Part shown: one piece after another, positions 12,621 to 24,956 of the stretch
Numbering within the stretch: the stretch's first letter is position 1
Layout: each line of letters starts with the position of its first letter
The notes under the pieces: generated by a model
Told to the model about the DNA's origin: nothing
The model's input: only the letters and a program-made list of their open reading frames with translations
The model's database searches: none
Made by a program: the position numbers and the translations under genes
Source of the DNA: Pecten maximus
Taxonomy: Eukaryota
Direction: 5' to 3'
Length of the DNA: 64,000 nucleotides
Assembly (NCBI RefSeq): GCF_902652985.1
Contig: NC_047027.1
Span: 10,044,001 to 10,108,000, forward strand

Positions 12621-14752
12621 TTAGCTCGTCTCTTCGAAGAAGAGTGAGAGCTTATGTCGTCACTCCGGCGTCGGTGTTGGTTTTCCAAATGTTAAATTTT
12701 TGGTGCAAGTGTTGAAAGGCATAGTAATTTATGGTAATATGGTCCCTGTGGGGGTCAAACTATCCCCTGCCGGAGTTAAACTAAAAGAGTTTTTAGGAAA
12801 AAAACAGATTTTTGAAAATGTTTGGACTATTTTTGCGTTAAGTTTTTGGTGCAAGTGTTGAAAGGTATTAATAAATCACTTCATAATTGTACTAGGGTGC
12901 TGATAGTTGGCAATAGAGTCCCTCTGGGATTAGACTATCCCCTGCCACAGTTAAACTAAAAGATTTTTTTGGGAAAAAAACAGAATTTTCAAATTTTTGG
13001 ACTTAGAATATTTCTTTGTTAAGTTTTTGGTGCAAGTGTTAAGAGGTTTTAATACATCACTTTATAATTTTACTAGGTTGCTGATATTTGGCAATAGAGT
13101 CCCTATGGAGTAAGACAATCCCTTCCTGGAGTAAAACTTTCACAAACAATGGATTTTTAGCTCGTCTCTTCGAAGAAGAGTGAGAGCTTATGTTGTCACT
13201 CCGGCGTCGGCGTCGGTGTCGACGTCGGCGTCGGCGTTGGTTTTCCAAATGTTAAATTGTTGGTGCTAGTGTTGAAAGGCATAGTAATGTATGGTAATAT
13301 AGTCCCTGTGGGGGTCAAACTATCGCCTGCCGGAGTTAAACTAAATGATTTTTTGTAAAAAAATACAGATTTTTGAAAATTGTTGGACTTGGAAAAATTT
13401 TGCGTTAAGTTTTTGGTGCGAGTGTTGAAAGGTATTAATACATCACTTTATAATTGTACTAGGGTGCTGATAATTGGCAATAGAGTCCCTCTGGGGTTAG
13501 ACTATCCCCTGCCAGAGTTAAACTAAAAGATTTATTTTTTTTAAACTAGAATTTTCAAATTTTTGGACTTTGAATATTTCTGCGTTAAGTTTTTGGTGCG
13601 AGTGTTGAAAGGTATTTATACATCACTTTATTATTGTACTAGGGTGCTGATAATAGGCAATAGAGTCCCTCTGGGGTTAGACTATCCCCTGCCAGAGTTA
13701 AACTAAAAGATTTTTTTTGAAAAAAAACTAGAATTTTCAAATTTTTGGACTTAGAATATTTTTGCGTTAAGTTTTTGGTGCAAGTGTTGAAAGGTATTAA
13801 TACATCACTTTATAATTGTACTAGGGTGCTGATAGTTAGTAATAAACTCCCTCTTGGGTTAAACTATCCCCTGCTGGAGTTAAACTAAAGGTTTTTTGGG
13901 GAAATAATCAGAATTATCAAATTTTTGGACTTAGAATATTTCTGCGTTAAGTTTTTGGTGCAAGTGTTAAGAGGTTTTAATACATCACTATATAATTGTA
14001 CAAGGGTGCTGATATTTGGCAATAGAGTCCCTAGAGAGTAAGACAATCCCTTCCTGGAGTAAAAAGAAATTGAATTTTTTCTTTTTAAATCTGTGTTTTT
14101 TGTTTTTAAATCTTTGGACTTTGTGTTAAGTTTATATTGTGAGTGTTGAAAGGCATAGTAATACATGGTATTAGGTTCCCTGTGGGGGTTAAACAATCCC
14201 TTTCCTGAAATAAACTGCAATATTTTTTTGAGGAAAAAACACATTTTTTTAAAAAAAATTTCGTGCAAATGTTGAAAGCTTTTTAACACATCACTTTATG
14301 ATTGTACTAGGGTGCTGATATTTGGTGAAAGAGTCCCTATGGAGTTACACTATCCTTTCTTGGGGTGAAACTGAATATAAAACAATATGAAAACGTCACA
14401 ATAGACAATTTATACCGGTCCACATTTTTCAAGGGAGACAACTCTCATTAGGATAATATTTTGTCAAAAAAATGAAGAAATATGTCCAAAAGCAATTACA
14501 TTTGTATTTAATATATTCATTTAATCTACGACAGCATAGCTTGTCTCCCGGATGTTTGTCAATAAATAATTTATATATATATAAATTGTTATGGTTTTGA
14601 AAATTGCATGAATTCACAAAGCATAATCTGATCAAGTAAACAATATAAATATTATTAATGCAATTTGCGAAACCATTCAAATTAATATATTTTAATTATT
14701 TATTGACAAACATTTGCGAGACGAGCTATGCTGTTCTCCAACAGGTCTTGTT
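12621..14752 (+). mobile_element. HINE family 5 with duplicated 5' end and ~181-bp array
   Basis: TTAGCTCGTCTCTTCGAAGAAGAGTGAGAGCT at 12621 and 13157; (GGCGTC)n; 3' GAGACGAGCT, CTGTTCTCCAACAG hairpin, then TCTTGTT. Confidence 0.85.
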
Positions 14753-14933
14753 TTTCCTTTTGTTAAGAGACATATCATCTATGAAAAAGGTTCTCTGAAC
14801 CATTGTTCTTTACAAGCAAATAACGGTTGATGAGGGTACTGGTCTAGTATTAAATTGAAATATATGCCTGACTTTGGGAACGACTTGACATAATTCGGGT
14901 TTTTATAAAGATGTCCACATTCTGTTATCACAG

Positions 14934-15208
14934 CTACTACATGGAAGTGCTATTCAGACAAGGAAGTTCGTCGTCGGCCGTAAACGTTGCGGTTAAATAT
15001 TTTAACAGCATAGTCAACCACCATATGGCAGGAAATGTTAGACAGGAAAAACAGGAAATAGGAATCACATCTACTATTGAAAAGGAAAAGCAAAGCATAT
15101 CAATTAAAAATATCGGCAGTGGCAGTGCTATTTACGAGGAACAAGAAATAATCGTTACGGGCACGGAACCCGGGATATTTCGTCTTGGAATGTACTCTGT
15201 GTATACAG
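14934..15208 (+). CDS. PKHD1L1: PKHD1L1-like exon (YYMEVLFRQ...QEKQEI)
   Basis: End of PA14 plus E-x-Q repeats; phase 2-1. Confidence 0.9.
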
Positions 15209-15614
15209 GTAACTTAATTATTCACTATAAAATGCGGAATTGGTGTATCGCAACGTCCTACCAAATGCGTTCTAATTCAGATTTCGTCAATTCGTTCCCA
15301 CTCGTTCTTAATTGATTCAAAGTTCTTTATTTGCGGTTGTGAAATGAACCTACAAATATTCTACTCTTCGACGCTTAGATACATTGTAACATTGGGACCC
15401 TTGACATCGCCGGCCCCATAAAATGTACTGGAAAATAAAGGTCATATACCTCGGGAAAGAGTCAACATGATAAAACATACATAAAAGACTTAAAACAAAA
15501 TAGTTCTTTTATCCCCTGAGTAATAAATCAGGACTTCCAAGAGTCTAATTCCTTCAAAATTGCTATTTATAATGAACCTCCGATAAAAACAGCGTCGCCT
15601 CTACTTAATATACA

Positions 15615-15935
15615 GTCACCTTAATCCCCAGTAGATAATCTTGTCACCTTCATCCCCAGTAGATAATCATGTCACCTTCATTCACAGTAGATAATCATGT
15701 CACCTTCATTCACAGTAGATAATCTTGTCACCTTCATCCCCAGTAGATAATCATGTCACCTTCATTCACAGTAGATACTCCTGCCACCTTCATTCACAGT
15801 AGATACTCCTGCCACCTTCATTCACTGTAGATACTCCTGTCACCTTCATTCACAGTAGATAATCCTGCCACCTTCATTCACAGTAGATAATCCTGCCACC
15901 TTCATTCACAGTAGATAATCAAGCCACCTTCATCC
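15615..15935. repeat. 28-bp minisatellite, ~12 copies
   Basis: G(T/C)CACCTTCATTCACAGTAGATAATC.. at 28-bp period from 15615 to 15923. Confidence 0.95.
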
Positions 15936-16149
15936 CAAGATCAGGATGTTGCTTTTTATAATGAACCTCTGATAAAAACATGTCGCCTGTACATACTATA
16001 TTAGGCTGTATGCAGACATCTTAATTCCATGTAGATAATCCTCGCACCTTAATTCCTATATATTTTGGTTCTCTCCCATTCTGCTTTTATTTCTTAGAAA
16101 TCGGGTTTGAATTCAAATACATATTTATATTATTAGTCCTGCACTTTCC

Positions 16150-16272
16150 CAATCTAACTAAAACGTAGATGGTCATTCTCCCGACGTTACATGAACATCT
16201 CACAACATCCCATAAGGGGTGACGTTCTGATGACCTTTGAGATGTGTGTATTTCACTTTCAGGACGAATTGT
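16150..16272. mobile_element. Solo end of the 7393-7797 MITE family
   Basis: CAATCTAACTAAAACGTAGATGGTCATTCTC..CCCATAAGGGG..TTTCACTTTCAGG matches the 7393 left end. Confidence 0.8.
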
Positions 16273-16562
16273 CAAATTGTCGATGTCATCGAAGCCAAAA
16301 ATTTTACTTTCCTTGTTTTACTTTGTGTAAAATAGTTTAAGGAACATAATATCACAATTACAACACTTTACATTTTATATCTCGAACCCGTCGACTTTGA
16401 ATGCGTGAAATTGATGAAGTTCGTAAGCCTATCAGACTGACTGCGTGATTAGTAACTGATATTTCTTACATCTCTTGTATTAAACACTTTAGTAGAATTA
16501 TACTGAAACATAAAACTGTTAACTTTTGCTGAAAGATGAATGAAATATAATTATTGTTCCAG

Positions 16563-16709
16563 AACTTATTTCTGTCGGTGCAACTGCTAAACAAATGGAA
16601 GACGTTTTGCAAGCCCTTCCTGTATTTGATACATCGGAAACTATATCTGTCAACAGGACCTTACATGGCGACGGATTTAAGTACATTGTCACATTCATGT
16701 CTGAGAGAG
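16563..16709 (+). CDS. PKHD1L1: PKHD1L1-like exon (..YIVTFMSERG)
   Basis: Resembles YMVTFISTRG; AG/GT boundaries. Confidence 0.9.
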
Positions 16710-16939
16710 GTAAAGTATACAATGTATATGTTTTTGTCTTATCGACGGAAGGATTTGTATTTTAATATCTCCTCTCTCACTTTTTAAGTCTATATCATTG
16801 GATTTTGTTCACCTGAATAATAGATTTCTGAAAGGGGTAACTACTTTGTTAATTTCAGAATTGCACAGTTCTTGAATCAGCTTTCGAATGATCACTATTG
16901 AACTAACTTAATATTGTCTTTTCACTGTTTTTTCATGGG

Positions 16940-17245
16940 TAATTTCTGTACTAAATTTTATGTCAGAAGATCACTTCTTAGTTTGAGACTGGTCATTTTG
17001 AACTAATTTATTACTGTCAGGAGATCTTTTCACATTATTTGATTAATCAGTGTTATACTACTTTAATGATGTCAGAAGACATCTTCCCAGTGTCCAGTGA
17101 CTGGTCTCGTGTATATTAATTTAATGATTCAAAAAGAACTCTTCTCAGTGTTTGACTCGTTACATACGAACTAATTCAATAATGTCAGAGGATCTCTTAA
17201 TGGGTTTTGACAATTAGTTGCAATGACGTCTGGAAAAACTTCTCT
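16940..17245. repeat. Old degenerate ~55-bp tandem repeat
   Basis: ACTAATTT..TGTCAGA(A/G)GATC..TTC..GTTTGACT motif recurring ~5-6 times. Confidence 0.55.
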
Positions 17246-17689
17246 TAAAAGTGTATATTTCAATATTTGAATCATTTGCGAGTCTCACAGTTTTATGAAG
17301 TAAGCTTTTGACAGGACGCTAAAGGATATAAGACCATCTAATATATTTTGAAGGCCTTTTCAAATTTTTACTTGGTTTGGTACCAGTGTTTATGTAATAA
17401 CCACTAAGAATTATCCATTCACTGTATTATTAGACAGACGTACACTTTTACGATCCGTGGCAATCCTATTTTTAATAAGTCATTTTCTTAAAACCTTTAA
17501 TTTAAAAAAAAAATAATAAATCTGTTTTTGGTGATGAAAACCAAAAATAATGGCATTCGCGTTATTGTTCAAGTTCGAATATCCAGTTATTACCATGTAT
17601 ATGTATATTAAAGTAAAAATCAGACTTAATGATTTTAAAGCTTTTCTTTATTTTTTCTGAAAATAATATCAGTTGGTATACTGTTGAAG

Positions 17690-17844
17690 GAAACTTCCCT
17701 GTGTTGGAGTTTAAGAAACTCTTGGGTGCTGTTTCTGCCGATATTAACACAGTACGTGACGGTAAATCGAGCGGGGAAAAATTACCACTGATGATGGCTG
17801 GTGTCCCTGCGCCACTTATTGACGCAAATGCGTCACGGGAACAG
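17690..17844 (+). CDS. PKHD1L1: PKHD1L1-like exon (GNFPVLEF..ASREQ)
   Basis: Phase 1-0, open frame. Confidence 0.85.
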
Positions 17845-18379
17845 GTAATAACTTGCATTGTTTGTTTTGGTACCATGTACTTAGTATACCTGATCAAAAA
17901 TGAAGATACCATATTATCATATACTTACTAGATACTGTTATACGGATAAATTCACGTGACCAATATTAAACCGGCGGTTAAAAAATGTATGTCACAGCTT
18001 TCTGAATTCCTCGTGAGTGTTCGGTAAGATGACTGACGAGTTTGATTAATAACTCAGTAGGCGACCACTTCATTTGTAAACATCAATCAAACCCACAAAG
18101 GGGGACGTGTTTTTTTTCGGTACCTTTTTAGACACATGGTCCCAATGCAATTAAGTTTCACACTGTGCTACCTCCTTCAACTATGGACATTTTCTTCATG
18201 TAAACTTAAGTCGACTGTGACTTCACACGACGCTGCATGATTTCAGCATATTTTTTCAAGAAAGCATATATCCGGGATTCCCTTGCACAATACGTTATGG
18301 TAAATCATTACAAATCGAACATTGGAAAAATACATATCAGATACACATTTCTATTGAAAGCGATTGTACAGCCTGATTA

Positions 18380-18690
18380 TCGCGATTGGATGAAGTCGAT
18401 AGGGGTAGGGTCAGTGTTATGATAAGTCATGGGTATTCGCAACATCATGTAGCCAAGCAATATGGTGTGCACGAGACATTATCACGTTTAGCTTGGCGTC
18501 TCAGAGTCACAGGAAATTTGGATGCCCGTCACAGGAGCGGTCGCCCGCGCATAACATCGCGACGTCAAGATAAATGCCTCCGCCCTTCGCAGATCTGTAA
18601 CCAATTTCAGACGGCGACGGAGACGACACGTCAATTCGTTAGCACCGTGGTCGCCCTGTATGTTCAAGATCGGTTAATAATCGGTTACGG
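18380..18690 (+). pseudogene. Tc1-like transposase relic (N-terminal HTH/paired region)
   Basis: GYSQHHVAKQYGV..TLSRL..R.TG....RSGRPRITSRRQD is the typical Tc1 HTH plus GRPR motif; no start codon and no DDE domain. Confidence 0.75.
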
Positions 18691-18980
18691 GAGTTCCAAT
18701 TATGGCTATCACGTTTCGGTTTCTTTTGGCCCATTGGAGATGCGTGTTTTTCACGTCAGCGTTCCGTATAACGTCGCTCAACTCACGCATGCGTTTATTC
18801 AAGAGAGTAGATTATTACCCCTTAAAGAGCAAAAAAAAAAATCTGATCCCGTGCCACTATTGATAACCCATGACACTCCCTGTCAAGAATATAACTGCCT
18901 TCTTCTTTGTTATAAAATTGCCCCTTTGCAACGATGGGATTCATTTTTCCTTCGCGTTTTTTAAAGTTGTGTTATTTCAG

Positions 18981-19205
18981 ATTTCAGAGGCACTAGGGAA
19001 ATTGTTCACGGCTCGATGTCCTAAATATTGGACTTCTCCTGAACAGAAATTCGTCCATCATGATTTCGAGGATTTATCTTCTGTGCCACAATACATGAGA
19101 GCTTTCCGAACAAACCAGTACCAGGCATTTTGCGGAAACTGGGTGTTAAGAAATCCGGGAATGCTCCATGACAATGGGAACATAACTCTTGATGTGTATC
19201 CTGTG
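18981..19205 (+). CDS. PKHD1L1: PKHD1L1-like exon (..AFCGNWVLRNP..)
   Basis: Resembles AYCGRYSLKNP. Confidence 0.9.
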
Positions 19206-19497
19206 GTAAATAGATAATTCATTGTTGCATATGTTACGTATATCGTATGGACTAACAAATGATATATTAAACTTGAAACAAGCTGTATAACCCTGCATTT
19301 GTATTGATTTTACATATTAAACAAGTATATCTTCCAATTCATGCTGCTTTCTTCGCCAAGGCAAAGTAAGCAACATTCATAAATAGCAGAGAAGACATCG
19401 TGAGATACGGCTAAAACTGAACCGCAGTGATATCGTGGATTTTACTCTTTGTCTTTTGGCGATATTTAAATGAATTATGTTGTTTTTTATTGAACAG

Positions 19498-19616
19498 TTC
19501 TGTATGGCATATAAAGGCACCATCAATTACATCTTTATGAAGTTTACAAGCGATTACAACGAAACATATCAGTTCAACGATATAAAAAACGTACTCAAAA
19601 TATCTGAAATTCACAA
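19498..19616 (+). CDS. PKHD1L1: PKHD1L1-like exon (FCMAYKG..)
   Basis: Resembles LCLAYKG; phase 0-2. Confidence 0.88.
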
Positions 19617-19949
19617 GTATGTATATATAAGATTGAGTTAATTTATTTGTTTGATATTAATCATGACCAATACATAAAATATACTGAGCATGACTATTTT
19701 CTTGTAAGCCACTTGGTCATATGTTTGACAAGACATTAGAGTTTATTTATGAATTATATTAGATTTATGTCCTAACAATAAAATGTCAGTGTTACGACCC
19801 TTCACTTTCCTTCATGCACCAGCAAACCAACAATAAGGAGATTTAATGAGTTTATGGGGAAAAAAAACAACTGCCCCCTCCCGCAAAAAATATGTGAATG
19901 TTGACTATGTCACTGTTGAAACATTTCTTATAATTTATCTTAATCATAG

Positions 19950-20104
19950 ATGGAACTATGGCTGCTATGATTTACATCACGTCATAACGGAGATTTTACC
20001 TGACGCAACAAGTATCATTGTGCAACAAATGGGAATACGGCATTCGGGAAATGTTCTAGTCGATAACGTTTATTTCGGAGGAGCTGTTACAAGGCAGGAT
20101 ACAG
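19950..20104 (+). CDS. PKHD1L1: PKHD1L1-like exon (WNYGCYDL..VDNVYFG)
   Basis: Resembles WTYTCIDL..VDVVYIG. Confidence 0.9.
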
Positions 20105-20452
20105 GTGATGAGTGTTGGGCTGTTGCAAAAAACTAGCATGCATTGATAGAGCGACTAGTCTTTTTTGAAATGTTATCAGTATTAATTTATCTTGTAATAA
20201 ATATTCCTCAAATAAATACTTATTTGTATTACTCATTCGGTTTATGGTCGGATTATTCTACATTTCGTACGAAACTGTTTGAACGTTTTCATTTCAAACT
20301 GATGAAATACATTTAAGTGAATGGTTGACATTTGTCTTTAAATCATTTCTATTCAATTAACATTATTTAAATGATCACCATAGTAACCTACGTTGTCGTT
20401 AGTGTGCAGTCTTTATTTCCAGGTTGTCTTTAAATAAATGTTTCTTTTGTAG

Positions 20453-20604
20453 GCGATGCATATCTTCGTCGTCTCACTTCCGCTCCAAATGGGTACAAAA
20501 TCACCGGCGTTGATGTGACTAAGGACGAGGATAACATCAACATAGTTCTCTCCACAGTCCCCGGAGGTCATGGGTTTCCTTTATTTACAGTCGACGATAC
20601 TCAG
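20453..20604 (+). CDS. PKHD1L1: PKHD1L1-like exon (DAYLRRLTSAPNG..GFPLFTV)
   Basis: Open frame, phase 1-0, good splice sites. Confidence 0.85.
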
Positions 20605-20684
20605 GTAACCTCTTACAAACTAAATCAATGCAATTGCTGAGTCTCACTGTATGATTTGATCAAAAATACATATTTGCATTTACA

Positions 20685-21230
20685 GGTTATCTGACGCGAA
20701 GGGTCTCCCGTCATATTGCTCCGTCCGTCGTCGTGCGCCTTGGGTCGTTAGACTTTCTCTTTCAAAATGCTACTCCTCTTTAACCCAAAAAAACATCATG
20801 AGGGGAGAGCAACCTGTATTATATAAATGGAGCTTGCCCGCTCCCAGGAACAGAGGACGGGTCCCAAAAAGAGGAACATTCCTGAAATTTTGCTTTAAAA
20901 TCCTACTTCGTCTTAACCCCCGATGGCTTACAACCATATAGGTCTGAAGCATCATTGTAAACGGAAATCATATTTTAAATAAATGTATGATGAACCCTTT
21001 GGCCTGGGTGGTGGTGGAGCCTTTAAAGGGGAATTTGACTGATTTTTTGCCGAAAAAACCTACTCCTTAACTCTTCGGTGGAATACAACCAAATTTGGTT
21101 TGACCCCTAGAGACAGAGGGGAAGGGTCTAAAAAGAGGAACTTTGCTGAAAGTTTGCTTTAATATTCTACTCCTCCTCAAACCTTGGATAGATTACAACC
21201 AAATTTGTTCGGAATTATCATTGGATGCGT
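20685..21230 (+). mobile_element. Degenerate 5' part of HINE family 4
   Basis: TCCGTCCGTCGTCG microsatellite followed by TACAACCAAATTTGG/CTACTCC units like those at 11436-12392. Confidence 0.65.
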
Positions 21231-21797
21231 TTTTACTACTTATTATGAAACATCCCCTACATAGCTGAATTATAACACTTATTATTACATTAAACATATT
21301 TGACATGCAGGTAACAGTACCATAATAAATAACGTCACTCAAAACCGATTTTAAAACCCACAATAGTAGGACAATTTCCCATTAGTAACACTACAATATA
21401 TATATTTGTTATTGTTAAACGATTATATTATTTTTATTAATTTCTATTTGGTACGGTTAATATTGTCTAACGTCCGATCACCAGCCAAAGTAAAAACAAA
21501 TACAAATATGAACACATACCGTTAATACCAAGCGTGTCAAAAGCAATTATCTACTATAAATATGACATTTAATTTCAGTTTAAGCTACAGTTGTAATACT
21601 TTCGATGATTTCCATTTCAATCATCTGGCCCATAATCGAGTTCTTAGATATAATCCGTCTTCAATCCGAAATTTGATTCGTACGGCTATTGCTGTCTACC
21701 ATACTAGCCTATCTTAGTTGAACCAATGAGGCCTCAATTTTCGTTCCTTGAACACGTTTAACACTGTAATGAAAACATTTTATTCATTTCTCAACAG

Positions 21798-21897
21798 GTA
21801 CCACCTGACACCAACATATCAGTGATCAGAACAGTGGCAGCGTCACCTCCTCTGGGTGGAACATTTTATTTGACTCTGAGAAACAAGACGTCCACAT
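21798..21897 (+). CDS. PKHD1L1: PKHD1L1-like exon (..AASPPLGGTF..)
   Basis: Resembles AASPPLSGSF. Confidence 0.9.
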
Positions 21898-21929
21898 GTA
21901 CGTATATGTATTAATTATGTGGGTTGACC

Positions 21930-22073
21930 TCATAGTGACTGCGTATACGGTAGTATGCCCACAGATGGCAATGGACATATAATATTGTAACGAATATTTT
22001 CTATTGCTAGCGCACCATAGGATATGCCCGTTGCCAACTGCGGGCATACTACCGTATACGCGGTCAAAATGAG
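21930..22073. repeat. Long imperfect palindrome (hairpin-type element end)
   Basis: GACTGCGTATACGGTAGTATGCCC..GGCAA paired with TTGCC..GGGCATACTACCGTATACGCGGTC. Confidence 0.8.
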
Positions 22074-23513
22074 ATACAGTCCTTACATTTAATCAAACAC
22101 ATCGCTTAAATACCGTACAAATTCATGGTATGTTGCAACTTTGGTAACAACGGCTGCCGTGGCTGCTAAGATAATAAAGGTCCAATAAATCTTCGTAAGA
22201 CACCAGTATTTTTAACAAAATTAGAAGAAAAAGTCAATATTGTTTTGTTTAATAACTTTTAATTTTTAATGAATTGATATATTCGCAATCCACAATTTCC
22301 GTCTAGGATTAACTATGGTTATTTTGTCAAGCATAGCTTGTATTGACAGAGATTTAGTGGTGACGTGGTTAAATGTTCTACAAGTCGTATGCTTCAGCCA
22401 TTAGTGGTGAAGTGAAATATGCAATATTCAGTTTAGTTTTTGACAAAATACTCATCTAACGTTACACTTTTCTTAAGAGATAATCGGGTAACAGGAGAAA
22501 ACGATAAAAGTGCCTTGATCAGTCCTTGTACGTGTAATGATACAGACTGACTTGTGAATCATCCGTAAATATTTCATTATATCTAAATATTAAAATACTA
22601 CACAAGCATAAGTAAACTAGTAAATTGAAATGCAATCAATACACTAATTCTCTTATGACAGTTTAATATTCCACCCAAACAAATTAAGTGTTTATCATGT
22701 TTTAAAAGCTTGTAAGATTTTGACACCATTATACAATACCAGAGTGAAGTTATTCATAATTGATACATTTTTAGAAACATCCAGTCAATCAGCATGTTTT
22801 ACCAGGTTCGTTCATGTGCGGCCAAGTGTTTTTGTCAAGAATCATGTGACACTGTTTGGTCAATCAGTGTAAAAAATATGATTTTATAATAAAGTGATTC
22901 GTCAATAATAATAATAAGTTATCGATATCTTTTCACATAAAATCAATAATATCACAATTATTTTAAGATAGCATTACAGTAAACTGTAAATCATACAATT
23001 ATTACTTATTATTCGACAATTAACTGTTTATAGTGGGTGATGTATGCTTAATTGAAACGCCTCTCAAAATGCATGTTGACGAACAATTTTGACGTCTTTT
23101 TTTATACATGCACAAGAGCTATTAAAAGCCGTTAACTCCGCCCATTAGCGCTGGAACAATTATAAACTATAATAAATTTTAAATATAAATCATATTACGT
23201 ATCATTTAATGAAACACTTTATTTGTCTTGGTATTTATTAAAAAGATATTTTGATATTAGTATTGAAATCAGAAAAAGCGTTTTTAGACACATGGTTTTC
23301 GAAAAAAAAGTTCAGCCAACGTTATTTACATTCATTCGTGACGAACAGAATCCCGTTCTATACTGAATCTACTGAGAAAAAAGACCAGACCCGTTAACAC
23401 TTAACTAATCGATTTAGAGAGTAATGCAATGATCTAAATAGCAAATATAAGTATGAATTAGTTATATTACATATTTTTGTAAGATACATCTACATCATTG
23501 ATATTGGTTTTAG

Positions 23514-23671
23514 CCATTCCGGTTGGAGCTGGACGCAGTAAAATGACAGCGACCGTTATGGGATTCCCAGATATTGGTCTCGTTCTGGCCACGTCACTTA
23601 GTCACAGCGTGTATAGCATGCGTTGGAGATTCGTATTTGATACATTTCCAGGAAATCTAGAACAAATGCAG
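23514..23671 (+). CDS. PKHD1L1: PKHD1L1-like exon (IPVGAG..PGNLEQMQ)
   Basis: Phase 1-0, open frame. Confidence 0.85.
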
Positions 23672-23889
23672 GTAGGTACAACCGCTTCGGTGCATTTGTA
23701 TGCCTTCAACGGCACCTAATGATTGCCCAGATCACGTCGACCATTGGTGTATTCACAGAAAAGTACACTTTCAGGTATTTAACCTCCTTTTAAATTGCAT
23801 GATTCGTAAGAAGTGATTTTCATTTCATCATATATTTTCTTTTCTTCTAAAAAAGACTTTTCCCTTCCTTATCGCCCCTGACAATGTTT

Positions 23890-24120
23890 TGGCCTTTAGT
23901 TGAACGTTCGCTCCTCTGAGAAAGGTGTTGGGTTCTGTCCCCTGGCCAAAACGTAGCATACTTGATGAATATATGTGCTAGCAACTAGTCCAACATAACG
24001 CTTAGCATTTCGGGTGTGGAACGAAAGCATATTTGCTCGTTGTCAGTATATTTTGACCGTTTGGGTTGTCCTGGCGGACGTCGGCAGCATAACTCAAGAG
24101 TAGGTAGTACTATTACTTCT
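23890..24120 (+). mobile_element. Degenerate SINE copy
   Basis: Core TTGTCAGTAT..TGAC..GGGTTGTCCTGGCGG shared with 57555-57950 and 30195. Confidence 0.55.
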
Positions 24121-24725
24121 GTATCCGCTACGACCTATCGCAAAGAATAAACCATTGATAAACCATAGCTTTCATAACACCACTTCCCAACGCAAACAGT
24201 GATGTCGTGGTTGAATGATAATAGCTCTTGATATGACGATAAACACAACAGAACCGAACTTCAGTTGAATGTTTGCCCTTGCGACAACGTTTGTGAGTTC
24301 TCTCCACTGACATACATTTCAGGGGACTTTAAATGCTCATGCATAACGGAAAACATTCGAGAGTTGGACGACTGGTTGTCCCGATGATTTATGGAAATTG
24401 CTTGTTCTACCATGGTACCTAATGTTGAATACACTTAAAGGGACACGGCTAACTGTCATCAGTTGCAATATGAACCGTGATGTGGACTACATTGATATGC
24501 CTGTAATATGATATTTTATATCACTTAAGAATCATTTAAGGATATCATACTTTCGTACCAATCACGTATCCATTATCCTTAAACACGATATGGAAATAAG
24601 TAAAATTATCACAGGAAATGTAACACACTTTTCATAGATAGATCGTAAAAATGGGGGTTTTGGTATAAGGAACGCATGTAATTACAGCCGAAATTACGAA
24701 TTTTCATTGCTTTGCTGATTTTCAG

Positions 24726-24848
24726 ATAAATTCGAGTTCTGTGTCAGGTGTCAAGGTCAAGTCCTACAGCAAAACAATAACCGATGGACAATACACTATA
24801 GACCCTCTGTATGGCGAGATGTTGCAGACAACACACGAAAAACCACAG
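24726..24848 (+). CDS. PKHD1L1: PKHD1L1-like exon (..GEMLQTTHEKPQ)
   Basis: Resembles GDLLRTPSQQPQ. Confidence 0.9.
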
Positions 24849-24956
24849 GTAAAGTTCACAAGGAAACGCGAGCCTATCGTACTTCAGGCAATACGTAATG
24901 TTTTCTTAAAACATATATCGGTGATTAATATCAGAACAATCCTGAGGAAATATTTG

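Noticed and set aside
13057-13248. Arg-rich protamine-like ORF
   Set aside because: Translation of the (GGCGTC)n microsatellite of a HINE 5' end.
15615-15935. CRISPR-like 28-bp periodicity
   Set aside because: Units are contiguous with no unique spacers, there are no cas genes, and it lies in a eukaryotic intron.
18690-18964. C-terminal half of the 192-aa ORF as an intact transposase
   Set aside because: Similarity to Tc1 stops after the DNA-binding region; there is no DDE motif and the ORF runs into intron sequence.
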